A stretch of 63,791 nucleotides of DNA, counting the filler, from Chiloscyllium plagiosum (Eukaryota): the NCBI RefSeq assembly GCF_004010195.1. It is 4 parts of one record of this genome, joined end to end, with 100 filler letters (N's around TTAATTAATTAA, not from the genome) between each part and the next. Parts side by side here need not be neighbours in the genome. Positions count along the whole stretch, not along the records: positions 23,177 to 46,918 come from NC_057713.1; 3 more parts are not named here. One strand, 5' to 3'. This document shows positions 26,226 to 39,385 of the stretch, in pieces (position 1 is the stretch's first letter; each line of letters opens with the position of its first letter). A program made the translations under genes and the position numbers. The notes beneath the pieces are model-generated. The model was given only the letters and a program-made list of their open reading frames with translations, did no database searches and was not told the DNA's origin.

Positions 26226-27885
26226 ATTAAACAGTGAGTGGTAGGTGCTAGTGCCCTTATTTCATGTATTGGTTTGATTGGAACAAAACGTGGGATAGTC
26301 ATGTCTCTTTCAGTCACCGAAGGTTTTCTGGATGTGGATGCAGTGACCTTGTAAGTTTTTGCAAAAAATGAACAAGAGCAAGTTGCAAGAATTAGCAGAG
26401 AAGCTGGAATTGGAACTGCCTGCTTCTGTGAGAAAAGGAGAGAGAATTACAGCAGGAGTTCAGCATTTAACCTTGCTGGAGGAACTATCAAAATCTATAG
26501 AGATGGCAAGAATTCCATTGTAAATGAAGCAGCTTGAGTTCGAGGCAAGAGATAAGGAAAGGGCAGCAGAAATTAAACAATTTGAGCCATGACTCAAAGC
26601 AGAAGAGAGAAAAAGAGAGAGAGCAGCAGAACAGAGAAAAAGAGAGAAGAGCAGAAGAGAGGGAAAATGAGAGCAGAGAAAGAAAGTGTGCTTGAACTTC
26701 TAACACTGACACTTGAAAAGGAAAGTCAGTTTTAAAGGCTGGAGATAAAAACTGAGAGTAGGCTCAGTGAGGAAGTAGTGCAAACTCATGTGGAAGAGCA
26801 GAGAGTTAAAACAGCAAGATTAGCAGCTGAAGTGGCTGATGATTATGAATTGGTCCATAAAATACAGTTTGGCTTCCAGAATCAACTTCAGTCCATGAGG
26901 GATAGAAATTAGGTAAAAGAGAATTCCTCACATGGAAAGGGCAAGGTATATCTCAGTGAAGATCATAAGGAGAACTTACCACAGGGTGGAAAAGAAACCC
27001 TTGAGGGGGACAAAGAAGTTAAAAGGCTCCGGTGTTTTCATTATAATAAAGTAGGCCACACAAAATCACAGTGTTGGTGGGCTAGAAGAAAGCTAGATGT
27101 AGGCAAACCAGACAAGCCTGGAAGTTTTGTTGGACTAATAACAAAAAGCACAAGAGAAGTTAGACAACTGCCTCAGAATGTACAGTATGATCAGAGCTTG
27201 ATTAAGGAGGAAGTGCGAGACCTGCTTTAAAATATACATACAAGGGTAAAGTTTATTCACATACACCAAAAGCAATAGGTAAGGAGGTTGCAATATGAAG
27301 GCACACAGGATCCTCTCAGTCTGTAATGCTGAGGGATGAGGAGATATGCATTCCTGAGAGAATATTGCCATTAAACGTACTGGTAACAGGAATTCATGGT
27401 GAGACAAAAAGTGCTCAATTATGTAATGTGAGGCTAGAGTCCAGAGAAGAGTGGAGAGTTTGTGGCAGGAGTACTGGACAAACTCTCAGCTCCAGGAATA
27501 CAATTTATCCTTGCAAATGTTGTAGCTGATTCACCAGTAGATGTTGAAAAGCCAGTAGAGCCACAAACAACTGAAGACCTGGAAAATGTTTATCCAGGAA
27601 TTTTCCCTGATTGTGTGACCACAAGATCACAGAGGCATAAGCTGAAGGAGGTGAGATCAAAAGGCACAGATAAGGAAGCTGATGTAGTTATCCAAAACTG
27701 TCTTTGATCAGATAAGTGGAACAGAGAGGGAGCAAATAGGTAAACATACCAGTATATTTGGCTCTGCTAAGCTGATTGAATTACAGCAGAAAGATGAGGA
27801 GTTAAAACAGTTATATCAAAAGGCATTTACAGAGAAAGAAAGTGAATGCATTCCTGAGAGTTATTTCTTAACAAATGATGTCTTA

Positions 27886-28660
27886 ATGAGGAAATGGAGA
27901 TCATCACACATTCAAGCAGATCAAATTGTTTTGTTAGTAGGGTATAGAAAGGAGGTGCTGCGAGTGGCATATGAGCTACCATTTAGAGGTCTTTTAGAGG
28001 TAAGGAAAACACAGGCCAAAATACAAAGACATTTTTACTGGCCTGGACTAAACAAAGGGAGGGTTGAATTTTGCCAGACATGCCATACATGTCAGTTAAT
28101 CGAAAAACCATAGGCAGTAATAAAACCTATACCTTTTAATATCTATTCCAACATTTGAGGAACCTTCCACAAGAGTCTTGATTGATTGCGTATGTCCCCT
28201 ACCTCAGACAAAAAGTGTGAATAAGTATTTATTAACAATAATGGATGTATCGACTAGATTTCCAGAGGCAATCCCATCACACAACATCAGAGCTAAAAGG
28301 GTTGTAGAAGAACTACTTAATTTTTTTTACTAGATACGGACTACCAATAGAGATCCAGTCAGATCAAGGATCAAACTCCACATCCAAACTATTCAAGGAG
28401 GTTATGGATAACTTGGGAATAAAGCAATTCAAGTCTATTGTGTACCATCTGGAATCGCAGGGAGTGCTAGAGAGATGGCATCAAACACTGAAGACCATGT
28501 TGAGGGCTTATCATCAAGATTATCCAGATGATTGGGATAAGGGAGTTCCATTTGTACATTTTGCGATCAGAGATGCACCAAATGAATCTACTAAATTCAG
28601 TCCATTTGAATTAATTTTTGGGCATGAAGTAAGAGGACTGTTAAAATTGATTAAGGAGAA
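27886..28660 (+). pseudogene. Retrotransposon integrase (zinc-binding domain and catalytic core), disrupted
   Basis: Encodes FYWPGL...CQTCHTCQ, VLIDCV, IQSDQGSN and QGVLERWHQTLKTML. Confidence 0.9.
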
Positions 28661-28661
28661 A

Positions 28662-28975
28662 TTTAGATTTAGATTAGTTAAAGTGTGGAAACAGGCCCTT
28701 CGGCCCAACAAGTCCACACCAACCCGCCGAAGCGAAACCCACCCATACCCCTACATTTACCCCTTACCTAACACTACAGGCAATTTAGTATGGCCAATTC
28801 ACCTGACCCTGCACATCTTTGGATGGTGGGAGGAAACCGGAGCACCCGGAGGAAACCCACGCAGACACGGGGAGAACGTGCAAACTCCACACAGTTAGTC
28901 GCCTGAGGCGGGAATTGAACCCGGGTCTCTGGCGCTGTGAGGCAGCAGTGCTAACCACTGTGCCACCGTGCTGCC
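28662..28975 (-). mobile_element. HE1-like SINE inserted in the LTR element
   Basis: Full SINE in reverse orientation with TAGAT tail, interrupting KEK|LISWNSE. Confidence 0.92.
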
Positions 28976-29539
28976 CATAAATTCCAAATTAATAAGTTGG
29001 AATTCAGAGACCACCAATTTGGACTATGTGTCAAATTTTAGGGAACAATTAAATAGAGCTGGAGAGTTGGTGAGACAGCATTTAGAAGTATCACAGCATA
29101 CAATGAAACGAGAAATAGATGAGAAATCACATGTTCGCAATTTTGCAGTTGGGGATAAGGTATTGGTGTTACTTCCAGTGAGAGGTGACCCATTAAAAGC
29201 AAGGTTTATCAAATTGAGAAGAAATTGAGTGAGGTGAGCTACTTGATAAGGACTCCAGACAGGAAAAAATCTCATGTGAATTTGCTCAAAAGGTATTTTG
29301 ATAGGGAAGGAAAGCAAGGGGAGAAAGTGTTAAACCAAGTTCAGAGGATTCTGAATTGGACATTCCTCAAATCCAGTTGGACAATGAGGAAGTTGTCAAA
29401 AATTGTCATAAGTTATTGAGTTACCTTCCACAAGAAAATTGAAATGACCTGAAAGACTTATTATATTCACATGGGGAAATATGTGTAAATAAACAGGGAA
29501 GTATTAACCTAATTGTCCATGGTGTAGATATAGGAGATG

Positions 29540-30929
29540 CTGTTCCAATTAAGCATCATCCTTCTAGGCATAACCCCCTAAAGTTGGCACAAGTTCAGAC
29601 GGAGGTAGAGTACATGCTCCAAGATGGCATAATCGCAGTGAGTTACATTGACTGGAGCTCACCTATAGTCATGGTGCCAAAGCCAGATGGTGCCCAACGG
29701 TCATGTGTGGACTATCGCAAAGTCAATGCTGTTACAAAGACTGATGATATTAATTCCATGGTTTGAGGACTGTGTCAAAAAAGTGGGACAAGCAACTTAC
29801 ATTTCTAAGTTGGACTTGCTCAGAAGCTACTGGCAAGTACCTCCTGTCAGAGAGAGCAAAGGCAATTTCGGCTTTCATATTGCCAAATGGACTATATCAA
29901 TTCAAAGTTGAAAATGTGTTGCTGGAAAAGTGCAGCAGGTCAGGCAGCATCCAAGGAGCAGGAGAATCGACGTTTTGGGCTGGAGCCCTTCTCCAGCATC
30001 TGCAGTCCTCACTTTCTCCTCCTATATCAATTCAAAGTCATGTCATTTGCTATGAAAAACCCTCCAGACACATTTCAGAGACTAACTAATAAGGTCATTA
30101 GCGGATTACCCAACTGTGTGATACATATTGATGACGTGGTGATGTTTAGTCACTCATGGAAGGAACATTTACAGCATTTATTGGACTTGTTCGATGGACA
30201 TCGGAAGGCAGACTTGGTGGTAAACCTAGCTAAAAATGAATTTGCCAAAGCCCAAGTCACCTTCCTGGACCATCTTATGAGACATGGACAAATGGCCCCA
30301 CTGGATGCAAAATCGAAAGTAATTGAAGCATTTCCCACACCCTCAACAAAAAAAGCAGTACTACGGTTCCTGGGGTTGAGTGGATTTTACTGAACATTTG
30401 TACCGAACTTTAGCAGTGTGGCTGTTCCACTCACCGAATTGTTAAAAAAGGGCAAGAAGTTTCAGTGGACAGCGGACTGTCAAAGGCATTTGATAGCCTA
30501 AACACTATGTTAGCTACTGCCCCAGTATTAGCCATACTGGATTACATGAAGCCTTTCAAGGTGGCTATCGATGCCAGTGATGTGAGTGTCAGTGTGGTGC
30601 TCCTGCAGGAGAATGACGAAGGGATAGAAAGACCCATTGGGTATTTTTCCAGGAAGTTGAACGTTCATCAACAGAAATATTCAATGGTGGAGTAAGAGAC
30701 TTTAAGCTTGGTGATGGCCTTACAACATTTCAATGTTTATATTACCAGCAATGCATCTGAGACAATCATATACACTAATCACAACCCATTAACATTTGTG
30801 GAAACATTTAAGGACAAAAATGCCAGACTGTTTAGATGGAACTTGTTGTTGCAGCCATTCAATTTGACAATTGTGCATGTGGCAGGTCATGAAAATGTGA
30901 TTGCCAATGCATTATTGAGACTCAAATGA
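29540..30929 (+). pseudogene. Gypsy-type reverse transcriptase and RNase H, disrupted
   Basis: Encodes WSSPIVMVPKPDG, CVDYRKVN, KLDL, HIDD (YxDD position), DASD, IGYFSRKL and ARLFRW. Confidence 0.9.
29909..30021. mobile_element. Penelope-derived mini-insertion (inverted pLTR piece plus tail) with 17-bp direct repeats
   Basis: Flanked by CTATATCAATTCAAAGT at 29892-29908 and 30022-30038; interrupts the RT coding region. Confidence 0.85.
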
Positions 30930-31097
30930 GATATGGGGACGTTCAGTCGTGGGTGTATCATGGCCTGATTTTGCATGTGGTTATGCATATTTGCATGTTT
31001 ATAGTTATTTTCGTGTATATGTGTGTTTAGACTAATAACTGGGTTTTGAAGGGTTAACAATGAAGCAATCTTTTTGTATTGATGGTTCTTTTCTTTT

Positions 31098-31108
31098 AAG
31101 GGGGGAAA
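31098..31108 (+). promoter_or_regulatory. Polypurine tract
   Basis: AAGGGGGGAAA directly before the TG of the 3' LTR. Confidence 0.85.
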
Positions 31109-31795
31109 TGTCACAAAGCTTGTCCCTTTTTTTTTCCTAAGAGCTGTTCCTTGGCTCAAGGACACTCTGTCCTTGATATTTTTCAGAGGGACAATAAACC
31201 AGGCCAGGTTCCGTTTAGTCTGGTTTGCTACAGAGATTAAAAGGATTTTGGTAGGCCTTTTGTTTATATGTAAACAGATGAGACTTCAGGCCAGAGTGGC
31301 CATGCTTTGGAAGTGACCTGTATAAAGAGAGGGGAGTGGTCAGCTCTCAAACTAGCTGAGCTGAGCAGTTTGAGTTCAGTTTGGAGTTTCACAGTGAGCT
31401 GTGTGGAATCTCTCTCGCTCTCGCTCGCTCTCTTGCTCTCGCTCTCGCTCTCTCTCTCTCTCTTTTGCTGCCCTTCAACTTCAACCTGTAAGTATGTGTT
31501 CCATTTATTCTGGATTTTCAAGGGAGTTTGCTTATTGGGACTGTTGTGTATATTTGGAACAGCATAATTAAGTCTACTTGGATAGGTTGAGTTCTGTAGG
31601 GGTTCTTTATCCTGTTCTTTGTGTTTCATTGTGTAATGTTGTGAATAAATTTTCATCTGTTTTAAAATCTAGTAATCAACCTAGCTAACTTAATCTGGGT
31701 AATCTTCACTCTCCACTTACTGAAACAAATTGCAAAGTTGTGATCTGAGCTGCCTGCTTAAGAATGTTTTGAGTGGTCTGGCTTAGTCCATAACA
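31109..31795 (+). repeat. 3' LTR (687 bp)
   Basis: TGTCACAAAGCT...GTCCATAACA; contains an expanded CT/CGCT microsatellite at about 31409-31462. Confidence 0.92.
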
Positions 31796-32178
31796 CTGCA
31801 GTTTTTTAAAGACAAGGACATAACCCATCAGGTCTAGGAGACTTATCAGCCTTTAGACAAATTAATTTCCCTAGTATATATTATCTAGTGATTTTTTTTT
31901 TGCTGGGCATGGATATGGTAGTCTAATTAGGGACCAACTGAAATTGTATCCTCATAACTTTACTCAGCTAAACTCTTTGTATTGGGTGCAAATAAATTCA
32001 GCTAGCAATTTCAGTTCTGACTTGGAACAACAGCATGCATTTTCTGGAAAAAAAGAGTCTCAACAAGCAACAATTACTGTTTGGTCAAAGCATGTGGTTT
32101 TTCTTTTGGAGGGGTGACAGCAGGATGCAAATTCAAGGGCCGAGAATTTTTAGCAGTTTTGATGGTAATATTAAATGA

Positions 32179-32560
<382 letters not shown>

Positions 32561-32639
32561 TAAATCTTTTCCTTAATTTTTACATCTTATGACAGATCTG
32601 ACTGCAGGGTTGTAGAGTTATGACTGGTTACTTAGATGT

Positions 32640-32995
32640 TATACATAAACACTTTTTAGATGCACAAAATTATGAGACGTAGAGACAGAGTAGTTCATGA
32701 GAATCTCTTCCCCATGTCTGATGTGTCTAAGGGCAGAGGACACAAGTTTAAAATGAACAGCAAATAGTTTGGAGGACATAATAGAAGGATTCTTTTCACT
32801 GCAAGGGTGGTAGATATACGGAACATACTGCCTACTCTCACAGCAATTAAAAAGCATCTGGACGAATACCTAAAATGCCAGGGTATAGCAGGCTATGGAT
32901 CAAGTGTAGGTAAATGGGATGAGTGTAGCCTGGTGCTTGTTTGTCAGCATAGACATGGTGGGCCAATTGGCCTATTTCTATGCTCTATGACTCTT
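32640..32995 (+). mobile_element. Old CR1 3' end
   Basis: Degenerate RGHKFK...FFSLQ-RVVDIRNIL segment and a TCTATGACTCT tail. Confidence 0.7.
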
Positions 32996-33546
32996 GGACT
33001 CCTGATTTATTTTATGGAGTTATGTTTACCTCCAATTTTTTTTCAGGTGTAAAAGAAAACTTTAGCTCCAGAGGATATTGTGAATGTTGTGCTGAGCAAT
33101 TCAATATGATCTTGTGTAGAAGAAAGGCAAGAATTAAAACGTACGTCAAAATAACTAAAGCTTTCTCTAAAGCAAGGATTCTTTTGAGCAAATATCTTTG
33201 AGGGGGATGGTTCTGGAATGCTAAGGAAATGAATTATCTCACCTTTTGGTCATGTAATACCATCATTTTAAAAATTCTAGCTTTAGCATTAAGCAGGTCA
33301 TCTGTATCTGTTTGTTCCCAACACTACATACCTTTGTTCCAACTTCTGTTTGTTCTCCACCATACCATTTTGAAATTGAGTGCTCCCCACAAGGGCTAAG
33401 TATTGTGTTTCTACATGTAAAATAGGTGGTATTTAATGGAGGGAGTCTGAGGTCTTGCCAGTCTACTGGAGAGTTGGTGAGAACCCAAAGTTCTCTCCTT
33501 TTGAGAAGATCTGTTGAGGCAATGTGAACCCTCCCCAGGATCCAGG

Positions 33547-34056
33547 GGTAGAATTTCCACAAAATTAAAGGCTGGCAGATTTTCATTGCTCAACAATGCT
33601 ACCAGGGTGGCAGTAGCACATGCTGATAGTACACTTACTCAAGGCCAAGGATTTCCTACAGTACAAGCATAGATTAATGATGGCAAGTGGGGGTCACATG
33701 GGATGGGGGTGGCTCACAATTTTCCTGATGCTGGGTCTTTCAATCGAGCAGTGAATGCCTATTGAATAGGAAATACTCCATCACGAGAGCCTGCAAACAA
33801 TCCCAAACATATTCATTTTCCGGGTTCCCACATTCCACATTGCCTGTTGCCAGGTAAATACCATTAGTAGTGGTATGAGACTTTAAGTGGATCTTAATTG
33901 TGCACTTAAGGGCCTCAATTGAACACTTCCATGGGCCTCCTACATAGACTCAATTAGAGCCATGGTGAAAGTGGAAATTCCTTATCTGCCATTTTTATGC
34001 CTGATTAAATGCCCTCAAAACCAAACCTGGACTGGTGGATGGTATTAAATTCCACC
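33547..34056. mobile_element. Possible non-autonomous DNA transposon/MITE-like repeat
   Basis: Short imperfect terminal inverted repeats (GGTAGAATTT...AAATTCCACC). Interior resembles 2480-3050 (TTAAGTGG, CTCAATT motifs). Confidence 0.35.
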
Positions 34057-34244
34057 AATGATTGGGAACAATTGTGGCAAATGAATTTGTCACAGTGGAT
34101 GCCACTAAGTCTGAGATCCTACATTTTAAATCAGTAAATAATACATCATTGTTTTGTTTTCCCAATTGAAAAACTGAAGCAGTGGAGACACAATAATTCA
34201 ATGTAAAGTATTATGAAAAAGACTAAGGAAATTTTTCCCTCTAT

Positions 34245-34562
34245 AATTAGATTAGATTACATTAGATTAGATTACATTACAGTGTGGAAACAGGCCCTTC
34301 GGCCCAACAAGTCCACACCGACCCGCCGAAGCGCAACCCACCCATACCCCTACATTTACCCCTTACCTAACACTACGGGCAATTTAGCATGGCCAATTCA
34401 CCTGACCTGCACATCTTTGAACTGTGGGAGGAAACCGGAGCACCCGGAGGAAACCCACGCAGACACGGGGAGAACGTGCAAACTCCACACAGTCAGTCGC
34501 CTGAGGCGGGAATTGAACCCGGGTTTCTGGCGCTGTGAGGCAGCAATGCCACTGTGCCGCCC
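34245..34562 (-). mobile_element. HE1-like SINE
   Basis: Nearly identical to the 28662 and 39920 copies; (ATTAG)n/(ATTAC)n tail. Confidence 0.92.
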
Positions 34563-34569
34563 AGAGTCA

Positions 34570-36150
34570 AAATCTCCATCCACTCTAACCCCATTTCCCT
34601 GCACTTGGCCCATATCCTTCTAACCCTTTCCTTTCGATGTATTTGTCCAAATGCCTTTTAAATGTTTTTAAAGTACCCACCTCAACCACTTCTGCTGGCA
34701 GCTCATTCCGTGTGCATACCACTCTCTGTGTAAAACAAAGTTGCCCCTCAGGTTCCCTTTTCATCTTTTTGCTCAAACTTTAAACTGATGTCCTTTATGA
34801 TTCCCCAACTCTGGGAGAAAGACTGAGTGCATTCACCCTATCCATGCCTCACATGATGATATATACTTTTATAAGATCCCTTCTCAGTCTCCTAATCTCT
34901 AAAGCAACAAGTCCTAGTTTGCCCAATCTCTCCCTATAACTCAGACCATTGATTCCTGGCAATTACTTCTGCACTCCCTCCAGTTTAATAATATCCTTCG
35001 TATAAAAATTTGATCGAAACTGAGCACAATACTCCAAGTGCAGCCTCATCAACCTCCTGTACAACTGCAGCATAGCTTCCCAATTTCTGTACTCAATGCC
35101 CTGAGTGATGAAGGCCAGTGTGCCTAAGCAGCCTTCACTGCCCTATCTACCTGTGACTCCACTTTCAAAGAACTCTGCACCTGAAGGGCGGCATGGTGGC
35201 TCTGGTTAGCACTGCTGCCTCATAGCGCTGGGGACCTGAGTTTGGTTCCAGGCTCAGGTCACTGTCTGTGTGGAGTCTGCACATTATCCCCGTGTCTGTA
35301 TGGGTTTCCTCTGGGTGCTCCAGTTTCTTCCCACAATCCAAAAGATATGCAGGTTAGGTGAATTCGCCAAGCTATATTGCTCATAGTGTTTAGGGATGTG
35401 TAAGTTAGGTGCATTAGTAATGGGACATGTAGAGTAATAGAGGAGGAGAATGAATCTAGGTTGGATACTCTTCAGAGGGTTTGTGTGGATCAGTTGGAGT
35501 GAAGGGCCTGTTTTCACACAGTAGGAACTCTAAATAAAATGAACTCCAAGATCCCTCAGTTCCTAAGGTGCTACCATTCACCATGAAACTCCTACCTTGA
35601 TGTGACTTTCCAAAATGCAAGACCTCCCATTTATCTATATTAAACTCCATTTGCCATTTCTCAGCCCACTTTCACAGCTGATCAAGGTCCTACTGCAACT
35701 TCTGATAAACTTCCTGACTGTCCACGATACTGTCTATTTAGTGTCATTTACAAACTTACTAATTATGCCTTGTATATTCTCATCCAAATCATTGATATAG
35801 GTAACAAACAGCAATGGGCCCAACACTGACCCTGAGGCACTCCAATAGTCACAGGCCTCCAATCTGACAAGCATCCATCCACTATTACCTTCTGCTTCTT
35901 ACCATCAAGTCAATTGTGTTTCCAATTTGCCAACTCCCCCTGGATTGCATGCAAACTAATCTTCCAGAGCAGCCTACCATGTGGAATCTTATCAAAGGCC
36001 TTATTGAAATCCATATAAATTATGTCTACCACCCTGCCCTCATTATCTTTCCTGGTCACTTCATCAAAGACCTCTAACAAATTTGTGAGGCATGACCTCC
36101 CATGCACAAAGCCATGCTGACTACTCTTAATCAAACCCTGTCTTTTCAAA
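34570..36150 (-). mobile_element. CR1 LINE 3' portion interrupted by a SINE
   Basis: Encodes SQHGFVHGRSCLTNLL, DFNKAFDKIPH and MEFNIDKWEVLHFG. Confidence 0.88.
35187..35530 (+). mobile_element. HE1-like SINE, longer and older variant
   Basis: Same head and body as the other copies, with a duplicated GTTAGGTG segment. Confidence 0.85.
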
Positions 36151-36537
36151 CTACATATATTTGTTTTGTATGCTCTGAAATAGTACAAAGTTCAGAAAGA
36201 TTTGATAGAATTTTTCAAGACTTTGAAAGAAAGTGTTAGAAGCTTTTCTCATTGCTAGTGAGAAAGTGCCAGACAAGGGAACATAAAGTCAGAAGTAGAC
36301 TTTTCAGAGAAAGGTTAGAAGACACTTCTTCGCACGTTGTGTAGTAAAAATGTGGAGTTGAAATACAAATTAGTCATAATCTCACTGAATTGTTGGAACA
36401 GGTTTGACTGGTTGCATGATCCAATCTTTGTTCTTTGTACTTCTCAGTAATTGGGTCAAATTAGAGTTTATCTACCTATACTTTCATAGTTAGATACTAA
36501 ATGTAAAAATTAATTCAACACATTTTTATTTTGATAA

Positions 36538-36780
<243 letters not shown>

Positions 36781-38699
36781 TGAAGCATAAGCATCACAGT
36801 GAAATATAGTAATTAGAAATTTTACTGTCGCTTGACAAAAAACGAAATTCATTCATTAGCTTATCAATATCATGATTTTAGCTTAAAAATAAGTTCAGTT
36901 TTAATTAGTCAATCTTAATCTTGATTTGAAGTCTATGGGTAACACAGCTTTTATTCTGAAATGAGCAGTGACAACTGATAAAGAACCTTTGGTTTATCCA
37001 AACTGTCCACTGTCGAGTTGTGATCTCATATACCTTTTTGCATCCTTCTAAAAACTCAGACTCCTTAGAAATGGTGAACAATCAGTTAAAATCTTGGTTT
37101 AATTTGAAGGAAGGTATCAAGGAAAATTACTTTCAAACTCCAGCACCCGGCCCCATTCCTTTTCACCCTCAAGAAATCAAAATTAGCCCACAAAACCATT
37201 CTGTCTCTGAATTCCTTGCAGTACTTTTCTTTCTGTGAAATAAATATCTACCTCCACCTCTTATCTCCACTCCCCCGCTTTCCAAGCCAGAAACTATGTA
37301 AATGTCACTTGAATTAATTCAGCAAGTCATGAATGCATTGTATGAGATGGTAGCATATTTGAAAGATCCACTGCTCTATAAGAGAAGAACCATCACCTTA
37401 CATACAATCTAGTTATATAACTTAGTCAAGACTCTTGTCCTCCCTAACCTTGTTTTTTTGGAACAAACTGTGAACTTGAGTGATTCCTTTATCAAATTAA
37501 ACTTGATCAGATCATCTCTGTGTCTGTGCTACTTGAATATCATAACTTTTGATTGTCTGACTACAAAAATGCTCCTAACCAGAAGTGAAATTCATGGAAT
37601 GTTTCCGTAGCCTCAAAATCATCCACTATGTGTGGAAATCAAAGGTGGACACAATATTCCGGGTGAGATGTTATGACCAAGCTATAGTACAAAAACAAAA
37701 TAATGCCTTATCCAACAAATATACAATAACACTCTGCTTTTCAGTTATTGCTCATCAAACTTTAGAGATCAAGGGTGAATTACAGTCTTGTCAAATATAA
37801 TTGCTTTATGTGGTGAACAGGCTACTAATATCTGGTGAATCGTAATTTCTTTTGAGCCAACAATATTAGAGTTGGAGTTAAAGTTGCAGTAATAAATATA
37901 AATATTGATGTTATCCACTAGATCTCAATTTGCTGTTCATTCTTAATTGAGCAAAGAGGAATTTATCACAATACTGTTAAACATGAGTCAAATGTCAGTT
38001 AGGATGTGTTATATTTCAGTTCATATAGTTCAGTTGCTGAATTCTCCAATTTTCATCATGCCTTGAGAATGTGTATACCAGGCTCATTTTGTTTAACAAT
38101 TGATTTGCAAAACCCTTTTCAAAACTGTTCATCATAGAATGATGACTCTGGAAGTGAGTGTATTGATCTCATTTACCAATGGTTTAAAATTCAAAGTTCT
38201 TTTCAAAAGATTAGACATTTGTTTTTTTATTGTGTCCATTTTGTAAAAAATGATGAATATTGTAATCTGACTGCCTCAGATTAGCAAGTAAAAAAAGCTA
38301 ATTTGACACTACTGCACTGGAGTGCTTGGACAATATCCTTTCTTCATCTTTAATTATTTGACTGGAGACCTTATATGTTGAGCATTGCCACTATCGCATT
38401 CCAAACAATACAATATTCCACTTAAATGTCAATATTAACATTATTTGCCAGATATGTGCAAAATCTCCCAAAACATCAAGATTTGACCAAAACAGTAGAG
38501 AATCATCTACTTTCCTCACACTTGCAGAGATTTTAGTAATGTGAGCAAATTTAAAGATTATGACTGTCGTCCTATATTTAGGTCCATTATAAAAATAATT
38601 TATGAAGAGGTTCTTGTGGTCAGCTAGTGACTAGTCTTCAAACAGATCCAAAATTATCTATCTAATTTGTTTGTGCAAATGACGGCTTTTATTGCCCTT

Positions 38700-39385
38700 T
38701 TTTTAATTCACTCTTGGGGCACTGCCGTGGCTGGCTCATTCAACTTGTATTGCCCATTGCTACTTATCCTTGAGAAGGTGGTGCATTTTTGAACCACTTT
38801 ATGGTCCATGTGCTATAGGTAGTGTACAAAGTTGTTGGGTAAGAAAATCCAGGATTTTTACTCCGTGACACTAAAGCAATATGTTTCCAAAAAAGGATGG
38901 CTTGGAGGGAAAGTTGGAATTGGTGGTGTTTACATGTATCTACTCCCCTAGATACAAGTGGTTGTGGGTTGAGAGATGTTGCCGAAGGAGTTTTCGTGAA
39001 TTTCTGTAGTACATCTTGTAGATAGTACACATTGCTGCTACTCAGTGTCGATGGTGAAGCGACTGAATGTTTGTGGATGTGATGCCAATCGTGACTTTGA
39101 GGAGGTGGCAGTGACCTATTTCCTTGAACCACTTTGGTGTAGGTAGACCCCATAATGCCATTAAGGAGAGAGTTCAAGGATTTGGAGACAGCAGCACTGA
39201 AGGAACAGTGACACTCCAGATCAGGATGGTGAGTGGCTTGGGTGGAGCCTATAGGTGCTGATATTCCCATACATTTGCTACCCTTGATCTTTTAGGTGGT
39301 ACATATTGCGGGTTTGGAAGGTGTTTTCAGAGGGGCCTTGGCAAATTATAGAGTGCATCTTGTAGATGGTGCAACTATCTCCACT
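38700..39385 (-). mobile_element. Old LINE 3' region (CR1/L2 group) with internal tandem repeats
   Basis: Repeated degenerate blocks such as CATCTTGTAGAT and TTCAAGGATTTT...CAGC. Confidence 0.5.

Larger units (their letters stand above)
25568..31795 (+). mobile_element. Gypsy-superfamily LTR retrotransposon, Gmr1-like (gag-PR-INT-RT-RH), degenerate
   Basis: Two TG...CA LTRs, near-TSD CTAC/CTGC, PBS and PPT. Internal order: gag with zinc knuckle (27033-27074), PR remnant (~27295), integrase (27886-28660), RT (29540-30393), RNase H (30465-30929). Many stops and frameshifts. Confidence 0.9.
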
